A DNA stretch of 32,000 nt, from the sequence record NC_006268.1; one strand, written 5' to 3'. A program made the position numbers and the translations under genes. Under the pieces are notes generated by a model. It was not told where the DNA came from, searched no databases, and saw nothing but the letters and a program-made list of their open reading frames with translations. Source of the stretch: Sulfolobus virus STSV1. Shown in pieces: positions 17,976 through 26,044 of the stretch. Position 1 is the first letter of the stretch, and each line of letters opens with the position of its first letter.

Positions 17976-18086
17976 TTAAACGCCACCTACTAACTTTTGT
18001 AGTAGTTTATCTTCTTCCTCTTCTTCCTCTTTTTCTTTCTCTGTCTCTTCTTGATTATCAAGTACTCTCTTATGCTCCTTCTTCAT
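17976..18086 (-). CDS. Possible 36-aa acidic small protein
   Basis: MKKEHKRVLDNQEETEKEKEEEEEEDKLLQKLVGGV*; below the 60-aa cutoff of the supplied track. Confidence 0.25.
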   Translation of the reverse strand: MKKEHKRVLDNQEETEKEKEEEEEEDKLLQKLVGGV

Positions 18087-18156
18087 TTTTTCGAGGACTT
18101 CCTTATAACTGCTCATCTCATTACTAATCTCTTTATACTTATTTTTAAACTTTTAT

Positions 18157-18624
18157 GTGATGCGAAACGTTTTTAAACAAAAGATAGAAAAAATAAAAAT
18201 GATGACAACGATCAATGCATTTCAACTGGATGAGCTGAAGACAAAGCTATACTATGAGGCCTTTGCTGCTGGAATGCAATCAATAATAAATGAATTTTAT
18301 AAAAAAGGTATCTCACCTATTCAAATTAGCGATGAATATGTTCTTGATGATGACTACTTTAATCAACAAGTCACATTTGACGATAATGGTACATTCAAGA
18401 TAATAAGTACAATAAGGCATTACAGCCTAAATGGCGAAAAAGAAATCTTAATTGATTTTATCTACACACAAGGTGAACAAAAGGCAACAATGCAAATAAT
18501 TGCGAGAACTAATGATAACATATTTGTTGGACCAGAGATTGATTATCAAAAATACTTAGAGATCTATTACGATGTGGTAGATAAGCTGGCCTCTGAACTT
18601 GATTCTGAGCTTGATAAGGAATAA
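18157..18624 (+). CDS. Uncharacterised protein (155 aa or shorter, internal ATG at ~18199)
   Basis: Acidic/amphipathic ORF with a plausible internal start MMTTINAFQLDELK. Confidence 0.65.
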   Translation: MMRNVFKQKIEKIKMMTTINAFQLDELKTKLYYEAFAAGMQSIINEFYKKGISPIQISDEYVLDDDYFNQQVTFDDNGTFKIISTIRHYSLNGEKEILIDFIYTQGEQKATMQIIARTNDNIFVGPEIDYQKYLEIYYDVVDKLASELDSELDKE

Positions 18625-18760
18625 TTTTTTCGAACTTTTGAAATCACTTAACGCTTTATTTTTCACGTAATAAGTTCGAAGTTCCTGTATATAGCAAAAG
18701 TTCGAAATTCGAAAGTGAAAGCAGATGAGTGAAAACCTTTGGTAAATTTACTGAAGTCAT
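18622..18760. repeat. 139-bp dispersed direct repeat, copy B
   Basis: 6 substitutions and no gaps relative to 5095-5233. Starts at the TAA stop of the 155-aa ORF. Contains TTCGAACTTTT (18629-18639) / AAAAGTTCGAA (18696-18706) and AAGTTCGAA (18672-18680). Confidence 0.9.
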
Positions 18761-18767
18761 AGCAAAT

Positions 18768-20006
18768 CTATCTAACCTTTTTCAACACCACTAGGTGCTC
18801 AGTTTTGATCCTACTGTCTTCCAGCCCAGTGGCCGGATTTACATCTGCTTCGAACATTACGCGAGAAACTATTTTATCAACATAGGTAACTTCATGCCGC
18901 CAGCCGAACTCTCTCAAGTGTTCAGTTACTATATCATCTATTGGAATAGGTAAATTCCGTATCTTAGCTGGGCCAACAAAGATGAACATGTAATCTACCA
19001 CTCTTTCACCTAACGTAGCGAATGCCTGCAAAATTGCATTAAAGTAATTGTCATAAAGTGCCCTAAGATGGCTTTCTGTTATTTTTTCTCTGAGGGTGTA
19101 GTACGTTTCTGAAAAAATGTTTGTACTTTTTACTTGTCTATAAGGAATCTCTTTTTTACTTAGCGATTGTATGTACTTCTCGTCGTAACCTAGCCAAAAC
19201 AGCTCAAGCTTCGTAGACCTAATATACTCTTGTGCTTGCAAGTAAGGTGGAGATGTGATAAGTGCATTAACTTCTTTATCTAGTCTGGTTTCCAACGTGT
19301 CAATACCGGCTTTTAACTCATAATCTACCGCTTTAGGCTTAAGATGATTGTACTCTTCTATTTTCCTAATAAGCGTAAGTATTTCATTCTTTAACATGTT
19401 ATAAAATTTGGCTTTCCAATTTGTTTTAAGAAGTGTTTCTACTTTCTGTTTAGAGTATTTTGACTTAAATAGCTTATGAACCTTTTCGTCACTATACGAA
19501 AAGTATCGCGTAACCTTGAGTAGCGGTATTAATAGCAAATATTTTTTCTTGTCTGTAATTGAGTGGGCGAACCCCCATGCTTTCGAAAGAAGAGGGAGAA
19601 ACTCCTCCGGGAACCAATAATTTAGGTTAGACCATTTGGGGAGGAATTCCTCTCGAGAGTTCATCAAATCTTTCATTATCTTTTCAACATCCGCTTCTGC
19701 CCTTGTCATGATAGCTGTATTATGTGTGACATTTATTATCGGGTTTAACTCCCATAACACATAACTATGCCCATACACTCTTGATACGACACCAACTGTA
19801 CCATAACCAGCAAAAGGGTCAAACACCTTCATGCCTGGCTTGCAGTAAGTCTTCAGTATATAAGCAACAACCTGCGGAATGAATTTAGCGGGATATCGAT
19901 AAATAGCAAATGTTCCGTATGTAGTTGTTGGAATTTCCGGGATCATGTTCCTAAAAACTACGGGAACCCTTTGAGAACCTTCAGACGATACCGTCATAAT
20001 TATCAT
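18768..20006 (-). CDS. Amino-group (N4-C or N6-A) DNA methyltransferase with motif I before the catalytic SPPY motif (412 aa)
   Basis: Motif I-like VFDPFAGYGTVGVVSRVYGHSYVLWELNP, later catalytic NALITSPPYLQAQEY. Confidence 0.8.
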   Translation of the reverse strand: MIIMTVSSEGSQRVPVVFRNMIPEIPTTTYGTFAIYRYPAKFIPQVVAYILKTYCKPGMKVFDPFAGYGTVGVVSRVYGHSYVLWELNPIINVTHNTAIMTRAEADVEKIMKDLMNSREEFLPKWSNLNYWFPEEFLPLLSKAWGFAHSITDKKKYLLLIPLLKVTRYFSYSDEKVHKLFKSKYSKQKVETLLKTNWKAKFYNMLKNEILTLIRKIEEYNHLKPKAVDYELKAGIDTLETRLDKEVNALITSPPYLQAQEYIRSTKLELFWLGYDEKYIQSLSKKEIPYRQVKSTNIFSETYYTLREKITESHLRALYDNYFNAILQAFATLGERVVDYMFIFVGPAKIRNLPIPIDDIVTEHLREFGWRHEVTYVDKIVSRVMFEADVNPATGLEDSRIKTEHLVVLKKVR

Positions 20007-20018
20007 TTAATGAAATCT

Positions 20019-20390
20019 TTATTGGGATCTTATTACCTTTATTACTTTTTCATTCTCATCATAGATAAACTTCACAATATCTCCAGGACTTACTGGAAAG
20101 TGCCTTAACAACTTTGCAGGGATTTTCATTCTGTAATTTCTGGAAACTGTTGCAAAATCTTCAAATTCAAACTGCAATGGTCTTTCTGCATTCTGCGGGT
20201 CAACAGACAATACCCTAGTAGGTGAAACTCTAGCATATGCTTTAACTAACTTTAGTGCGGGTTCATTACCATTTTTTGCAATACTCACTCTCATAATATC
20301 TCCCATAGTCATTGGGTAGGCCTTCCTTATTGCCGTTGGGATTGTTACTACATAATTCGTCGTTACTTTCGAAAACGCCTCTACTACCAT
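20019..20390 (-). CDS. AbrB/SpoVT-like regulator with two tandem swapped-hairpin motifs (123 aa)
   Basis: FSKVTTNYVVTIPTAIRKAYPMTMGDIMRVSI and FATVSRNYRMKIPAKLLRHFPVSPGDIVKFIY. Confidence 0.75.
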   Translation of the reverse strand: MVVEAFSKVTTNYVVTIPTAIRKAYPMTMGDIMRVSIAKNGNEPALKLVKAYARVSPTRVLSVDPQNAERPLQFEFEDFATVSRNYRMKIPAKLLRHFPVSPGDIVKFIYDENEKVIKVIRSQ

Positions 20391-20490
20391 TTTCTTTCAC
20401 CCCACCTTCACATTACATTTTGTTGTAATTTACTAGTATATAAATCTTTCTATAATAGTGATGAAAACAAACTTCGGAAAAATGAACTAC

Positions 20491-21480
20491 TTAACCAAAA
20501 ACCTTCCTAAAAACTTCTTCATGCTCTTTTATCACTCTTTCCACCTTGAAGTAGTCCGGCAATGTAACTCTAATCTCTTGTGCCTCTTTTATTTTCTCTA
20601 TTGCTTCTTCATCGCTGCTGTAGAAGAACAGCTTTAGATGTTTGCCAAGTTCTTTATGCACTGGAATATCTGTCACAACCGCTGGAAGGCCATGCGCTGC
20701 AGCTTCAACTAATGGTAATTCAAACCCCTCATCTTGTGAGGCACTAAGATAAACGTCACTTCCCGCGTAAAGGAGTGAAAGCTCAGTGTCTGAAATAGTT
20801 CCTATGCTTTTATCACCGTAAATGTTTCCTTTTCCTACTGTAATGAGGTAGTAATCATCCCCTAGTTTTTCCCTTATTCGCCTCAATCGTGGTAAGTCTT
20901 TCCGCGGATGATAGTTTGTAACGTTGAGTATTATCTTTTTATTGGGCGGGATTCCATACATTTCTCTTACTTTTTGTACTGCTTCTTCACGTGTATAAGC
21001 AACATTGAGGTAGTTCCCGTGGTAAATAACCCTAATAGGAGGTAAATCGAGGCCTTTCTTATCTGCATATTGTTCTAACTCTGATAGCGTATGATAAGTT
21101 GGAACAATAACGTATGCAGCCTCTGGTAGGTGCCTAAGCATGAAGTACATGTATGGTGTATAGGTGTAGTGTTTCCATTTAAAGTAAACTAAATCTTGTA
21201 GGCCTGTAACTATTGTCTTATGTTTTGCGTGATTCAAGAAATCGATGTTTGGAAAAAACACGTTTTGTTCGGGAACAAATTTACAGAAGATATCGTAGAA
21301 AAATGCATCGATTATAATATTTAGCCTATTTCTGAAAACGTTTATTACCTTATCATAGCCAGAGGGAGCCTCAGTATTAACCCTTACAAAGTAAAACTTT
21401 GATTTAAGACCAAAGGCAATAACTGCAGCGTATCGACCGAGCCCAGTGTATGGCGGGGACCGTGTAACGGTAACAAACAT
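20491..21480 (-). CDS. GT-B fold (GT4-like) glycosyltransferase (329 aa)
   Basis: KIILNVTNYHPRKDLPRL, then TELSLLYAGSDVYLSASQDEGFELPLVEAAAHGLPAVVTDIPVHKELG, typical of the GT4 donor-binding domain. Confidence 0.85.
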   Translation of the reverse strand: MFVTVTRSPPYTGLGRYAAVIAFGLKSKFYFVRVNTEAPSGYDKVINVFRNRLNIIIDAFFYDIFCKFVPEQNVFFPNIDFLNHAKHKTIVTGLQDLVYFKWKHYTYTPYMYFMLRHLPEAAYVIVPTYHTLSELEQYADKKGLDLPPIRVIYHGNYLNVAYTREEAVQKVREMYGIPPNKKIILNVTNYHPRKDLPRLRRIREKLGDDYYLITVGKGNIYGDKSIGTISDTELSLLYAGSDVYLSASQDEGFELPLVEAAAHGLPAVVTDIPVHKELGKHLKLFFYSSDEEAIEKIKEAQEIRVTLPDYFKVERVIKEHEEVFRKVFG

Positions 21481-21514
21481 ACAAAAAACTTTTACCTTTA
21501 TAGCATTATAAACA

Positions 21515-23257
21515 TTATTGTTGCATTACACTCTTTAGAGTGAGAACGCCATTATTCCCTACAACGTTGTAATAGCCGAACGTTTCAACAGTGTTATTAG
21601 TAATGCCAAGAATCTTAGCGTTTATTGCTGTATAGATACCAGGTATTAAGAAGAGTTTAGTTGTACCATTTACGCTAAATGATGGTGGCTTGAAGAGAAC
21701 TGGAGGACCAGAGTAATTGTACTTCATCACAACAAACCAGTAGCAAACTGCATAAATTCCATACCCATTTTTGTAAAATAGGTTAAGTACTGCAATTGAT
21801 TGATTATTGAAGTTATTCGTTATGTCAATGATAATGTAATCAACACTGACGTTAACTATAGTGTTATTGGCAGGATCGTACACTAGATACTGATTTTTAG
21901 CAAAGTTGAATGATGTAAAGTTTGTGTATTGTAAAACAAGTGGATATAGGTACTCTGGAATCCTTGGGTAGAGTTCGGGCATGTATGGTGTAGTTAAGAC
22001 AGAAGCGTTTTGAGGTATTAGGCTTGCAACCTGATAGAAGTATTGAACACGATCTGGATACTCTGCCAATGTGTAATATGGCCCACCCATTGCTATGCGT
22101 GAGGTGATTGAGAGTGGAGAAATGAGTGATAGTACAGCAAATGTAAGTAGTACAAATAAGAGCGCATATGACATTATCCTCTTTAGGTTGAAATTATCAA
22201 TTTTTGCAAGTGTCCTAGCTACAGTGATGAAAAGCTGAGCTAAGTAAAGTGAAGCATATTGGAATAAGTAAATGTATGGGAACGTCATTGGTTGATACGT
22301 TGTTATTGCAAAAAAGACAAAAACTGGTAGTATAGTTAGGATGAACCAATCCCAAACAAAAAAGACTGAGGCAAGAATTGTCAAAGGTGTTAGAAGGTTT
22401 AAAGGATTAAACCCAATGTTACTATACCCATTTGGATTAGCTAGATGAGATTGCAGATCTATATTAAACGCGTTGTGCCCGAAAGCTGCAATTCCAAATG
22501 GAATAAACATTAACGCTCCATAAGCAGCTACCATAATGTATTCAGATGCCTCATTAAATTCATATCTTCTTGCAAAAATTTGAAAAAGTGTAGTAAAAAA
22601 GTATCTAGGATCATGTTCTTTTATTGCAAATTTAAGACTGTATCTTCTTTCAAGAAACCCTTTGAAAAGATCTACAAACAATTCTAAATTAATGTACAAT
22701 AGTACTAGGAATACATAAGGAAAACGAACAGTAGAAGCAAGAATTGCAAAGATTGCTGCTGGTATTGGCTTATTCTTTATCTTAAAATAATACATTAATA
22801 AAAAGTATAATACAAATAGATTTTGCATGTGGAAAGGCATAAAAAGTTCGCCATAAACGCCAGGATTTAGAAGATAAAGCCACACTACAAGGTAAGACTT
22901 CTCATAACTTTTTGTTAATTCTTTAGCAATGTAGAAGAGTGGAATAATTGGTGCTGCTGTTACCGCAGCTTGCCAAATCACCGCCTCGTAAGCGTTGTTT
23001 ATAAAGAAGAAGTAGAGGAGCGGAGACTTATAGGCAAATGTAGCTAGGATATAGAGCCATGTAAGAGGGTTGTTTAAATGGGCAAGCTTCTGGGCAGTTA
23101 AATAAAGAAACATTAGGTTTACTCCAACGTCGTAGATTGGAAAGGCCTCCATTGTTACATATTGTTGATAAACGAGAGTGTAGAATGCGGCAAAAGCTCC
23201 AGCAAAAATAAGCCAGACACCGTATTCTTTGAGAAGATTGTTATATTTCTTGCTCAT
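21515..23257 (-). CDS. Polytopic membrane protein, probable GT-C type glycosyl/mannosyltransferase (580 aa)
   Basis: Many TM helices, YDVGVNLMFLY... early acidic loop, DPRYFF... loop, large C-terminal extracytoplasmic part; located in the glycosylation cluster. Confidence 0.6.
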   Translation of the reverse strand: MSKKYNNLLKEYGVWLIFAGAFAAFYTLVYQQYVTMEAFPIYDVGVNLMFLYLTAQKLAHLNNPLTWLYILATFAYKSPLLYFFFINNAYEAVIWQAAVTAAPIIPLFYIAKELTKSYEKSYLVVWLYLLNPGVYGELFMPFHMQNLFVLYFLLMYYFKIKNKPIPAAIFAILASTVRFPYVFLVLLYINLELFVDLFKGFLERRYSLKFAIKEHDPRYFFTTLFQIFARRYEFNEASEYIMVAAYGALMFIPFGIAAFGHNAFNIDLQSHLANPNGYSNIGFNPLNLLTPLTILASVFFVWDWFILTILPVFVFFAITTYQPMTFPYIYLFQYASLYLAQLFITVARTLAKIDNFNLKRIMSYALLFVLLTFAVLSLISPLSITSRIAMGGPYYTLAEYPDRVQYFYQVASLIPQNASVLTTPYMPELYPRIPEYLYPLVLQYTNFTSFNFAKNQYLVYDPANNTIVNVSVDYIIIDITNNFNNQSIAVLNLFYKNGYGIYAVCYWFVVMKYNYSGPPVLFKPPSFSVNGTTKLFLIPGIYTAINAKILGITNNTVETFGYYNVVGNNGVLTLKSVMQQ

Positions 23258-23299
23258 TAAGTGATATCATATGTCGTAATATTTTAAATTTTTAGGCTT

Positions 23300-23347
23300 T
23301 TCTCCAAAATTACCAAATTGTCATGACAATTCGGCAAATTGGTAGAA
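23300..23347. promoter_or_regulatory. 48-bp composite dyad element, copy 2
   Basis: TTCTCCAAAATTACCAAA-TTGTCATGACAA-TTCGGCAAATTGGTAGAA; 43 bp upstream of the GT-C-like gene start. Confidence 0.75.
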
Positions 23348-23359
23348 AAGTCAGAAGGG

Positions 23360-24322
23360 TTATTTGATGGCTTTTTCAAAAGCTTGGATTTCCTTTTTAG
23401 TTAGCTTTTCAAACTCTTCCTTTAAGTACTTTATAGCCTTGTGAATTGCCATTATTGGGTTTTCTACACTAAACCCAGTTTTGTATATCTTTGTTGAATC
23501 AAGCAGTAAGTAGTTTGGCTCAACTGGCCTTGGATTTTCCATCCAACTTATCTTTCCTTCCCAGCCCAATTCCTTAGCAACAATAGAAACAGTTTCTGAC
23601 AGCGTCAGAACGTGATTATATACACTATAATGTACTGATACGTTATACACTCCTTCCATCTTATCTAAGTTTTTAATAGCGTGTAAGTAAGCGTTCACGT
23701 GGTCCTCCCAGTACATCCATTGCCTGCTTGAGAGAGGATGGCCATCGTAATGTATTTCTTTCGCACCGCTCAACATTGCTAAAACGGTTTTTTCAAAGAA
23801 GTATCCTCTTGCCTCTTCCGGCAAACGTGAAATTGGCCTACCGATCGTGTTAATAGGCCTTAAGATGATTGTTTTTTCCTTTCTACCAGCAAGTAGCATC
23901 TCTGACGCTATTTTTGAAACTGCATAAGGACTGGTTGGTGTCCTATAAACCTCCTCTTCCTTATAATAGTGAGGGTAAGGCGTATAAGGGTAGACTTCGG
24001 CGGTTGAAGCGTGAATTAATGGGGCCTCTGCCATCGCTATGTTATATGCTATAATTGCGTTATTCATGAAAGAAGTGTCCTCGTAGCTAAGCCTAACAGG
24101 CGTTTTTGAGGCTAAATTAATAACCAAATCAGGCTTTACCTTTCTTAACAAATCCCTTACTTTTTCTCTATCTGTGAGATCAACAAAAACGTACTCAGCA
24201 GCTGAATCAACTATGTTGTTGGAAAAATGGTCCTTATTTGCAACACATACTACTTTATCATTGTTTAGTCTCTTAAGGAGTTGAGAACCGATAAAGCCCG
24301 TACAGCCAGTGATTAAGATCAT
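23360..24322 (-). CDS. NAD-dependent epimerase/dehydratase of the extended SDR family (320 aa)
   Basis: N-terminal MILITGCTGFIGSQLLKRL (GxxGxxG), catalytic-like YAVSK, substrate region RPINTIGRP. Confidence 0.85.
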   Translation of the reverse strand: MILITGCTGFIGSQLLKRLNNDKVVCVANKDHFSNNIVDSAAEYVFVDLTDREKVRDLLRKVKPDLVINLASKTPVRLSYEDTSFMNNAIIAYNIAMAEAPLIHASTAEVYPYTPYPHYYKEEEVYRTPTSPYAVSKIASEMLLAGRKEKTIILRPINTIGRPISRLPEEARGYFFEKTVLAMLSGAKEIHYDGHPLSSRQWMYWEDHVNAYLHAIKNLDKMEGVYNVSVHYSVYNHVLTLSETVSIVAKELGWEGKISWMENPRPVEPNYLLLDSTKIYKTGFSVENPIMAIHKAIKYLKEEFEKLTKKEIQAFEKAIK

Positions 24323-24389
24323 GTGATAGTTAATGTAATCATTATTTTTAAATATTTCTTCTTGCTGAAATATGAATTGCTAAACAGAA

Positions 24390-24407
24390 TTCTCCAAATT
24401 GGTAGAA
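24390..24407. promoter_or_regulatory. 18-bp dyad motif, single copy (TTCTCCAAATTGGTAGAA)
   Basis: 68 bp upstream of the epimerase start. Confidence 0.65.
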
Positions 24408-24412
24408 ACAGA

Positions 24413-25306
24413 TCATTTTTGCGTGACTGTCCTTTGCCTTTTAACTTTTTCTTGAAGCCAGCTTCTTAGCCGTTTAGCATCATCCCTTATAATTATCTCG
24501 AAATTCGATGAATCAGAATTAAACAGTTTAGCGTGATCTATTCCTAACTTCTTTTTCACCACGTCAAGAAGTTCCAGGTCAATTTCATAGCCAACTGCTT
24601 TTCTTCTTAATTCAACAGCTACCTTTAATGTTGTTGCAGAACCCATGAATGGGTCCAAAACAGTTTCACCAACATAAGAAAATAATTTTATCAATCTGTA
24701 AGGAATCTCTTCTGGGAAGGCCGCTATTCCTTCTTCAATTCTACCTTTAACTGGTAGAACGTTTGTAATCTCCCATACAGAAAGATACCACTTTTCTCTA
24801 TTAAATTCCTGTATGTCAATTCTTGACGATTCTAATTCTGCCTTGTTTTTAGGGTACTTATATTCGCCTTTTTGCATAATCAAAATCTCCTCGTATATAT
24901 TGTCTGGATAGAAGTACATTGGGTATGGATGCTGTAACTGCACTCCACTTCGTCTACTTATCCTAACATAACCCTCTGGCTTTTTCCAGATAATCCTATC
25001 GCGATAAGTGAAACCTTCCTCCATCATTATCCTAAGAATGTCCGCAGTTACTGGGTACAATTTCCCATTAATTCTAACATCTTGCGTCACGAAACAGGCT
25101 ATCCTACCTTCTGCCAAAACCCTATATAGTTCCCTAGCCACATCTCTTATCAATCCAAGAAATTCATCGTAATCCTTAAATAAATCTGGATAATCAAAGG
25201 GGGCGTTAAAGTATGGAGGTGAAGTAACCACTAAGTGAACTGAACCATCCGAAATTTCTTTCATGTTTCTACTGTCACCAAAAACTATCAGATTTCCTTG
25301 AGGCAT
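24413..25306 (-). CDS. Amino-group DNA methyltransferase with catalytic TSPPY motif before motif I (beta-type order, 297 aa)
   Basis: VHLVVTSPPYFNAPFDYPD near the N-terminus and ETVLDPFMGSATTLKVAVELRRKAVGYEID near the C-terminus. Confidence 0.85.
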   Translation of the reverse strand: MPQGNLIVFGDSRNMKEISDGSVHLVVTSPPYFNAPFDYPDLFKDYDEFLGLIRDVARELYRVLAEGRIACFVTQDVRINGKLYPVTADILRIMMEEGFTYRDRIIWKKPEGYVRISRRSGVQLQHPYPMYFYPDNIYEEILIMQKGEYKYPKNKAELESSRIDIQEFNREKWYLSVWEITNVLPVKGRIEEGIAAFPEEIPYRLIKLFSYVGETVLDPFMGSATTLKVAVELRRKAVGYEIDLELLDVVKKKLGIDHAKLFNSDSSNFEIIIRDDAKRLRSWLQEKVKRQRTVTQK

Positions 25307-25370
25307 TTTGTAACTGTTATTAATCCCACGCTCTTATTTTTTTCCGCGGTACAGTAGTGGGTCACATTCG

Positions 25371-25418
25371 TTCTGTAAATTGGTAGAATTGTCATGACAA
25401 TTCTACCAATTTACAGAA
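25371..25418. promoter_or_regulatory. 48-bp perfect palindrome (composite dyad element, copy 3)
   Basis: TTCTGTAAATTGGTAGAATTGTCA | TGACAATTCTACCAATTTACAGAA, every base pairs. Confidence 0.9.
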
Positions 25419-25482
25419 GCTAGAAATTATACGGTAAAACAAAAAAGTTTTTAAACCATGATTATAACAATTATCATTAGAA

Positions 25483-25959
25483 ATGAATAGTAACGATAGA
25501 ATAATAAAAACTAAGCAAGGTAACAAATTCCTACTTACAATGTTAAATAAAATACTCAAGACCATCAAGGAGAATGGGGAGTATTACAAGGTGAGAGATG
25601 CAGGCAATAACTACGTTTGCTATATGTGGGAAACCGCCAGAATATGTGTAGGCCTTGCAAGGAAGTTTGGAAAAGATGAATACATCGTTTATCTAGACTT
25701 TGATTCTAATGACATTGGAACTGATATAATGTTCGTTGTTGACACAGAAGAAAGGACAGTGAAGAGTCACTCGATGATTCTAAGCTTTCTACTTAAGAAC
25801 ATTACTAATGCACCACTTGTGTTGAAGAGTCTAGATGGACTAAGGGTGTTTATTGAAGAATTGATAAGGGCATTGCCAGCAGAAGATGAAGAAAATGAGA
25901 AAATGGACAACAATGAAACAAAGTCAGATGCAGCAGTAGCAGTTGTCAATTTTTCTTGA
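25483..25959 (+). CDS. Uncharacterised protein (158 aa)
   Basis: Intact ORF divergent from the methyltransferase gene; shares the palindromic intergenic region. Confidence 0.7.
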   Translation: MNSNDRIIKTKQGNKFLLTMLNKILKTIKENGEYYKVRDAGNNYVCYMWETARICVGLARKFGKDEYIVYLDFDSNDIGTDIMFVVDTEERTVKSHSMILSFLLKNITNAPLVLKSLDGLRVFIEELIRALPAEDEENEKMDNNETKSDAAVAVVNFS

Positions 25960-25984
25960 CTTCTGTAAATTTGTAGAAGTCAAG
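25955..25984. repeat. 30-bp extended dyad containing one 18-bp motif; overlaps the stop codon of the 158-aa ORF
   Basis: CTTGACTTCTGTAAATTTGTAGAAGTCAAG; 13 of 15 positions are Watson-Crick complementary and the other two would be G-U in RNA. Confidence 0.7.
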
Positions 25985-26026
25985 TCTTTGTTTATATCTC
26001 TGTTGAAATAATAAAAGTGAGTTGCG

Positions 26027-26044
26027 TTCTGTAAATTTGTAGAA
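26027..26044. promoter_or_regulatory. 18-bp dyad motif, single copy (TTCTGTAAATTTGTAGAA)
   Basis: Identical to 25961-25978. Confidence 0.7.

Noticed and set aside
23869-24054. Plus-strand 61-aa ORF
   Set aside because: Antisense to the epimerase gene.
25767-25949. Minus-strand 60-aa ORF
   Set aside because: Antisense to the 158-aa ORF; Ser-rich shadow of acidic codons.
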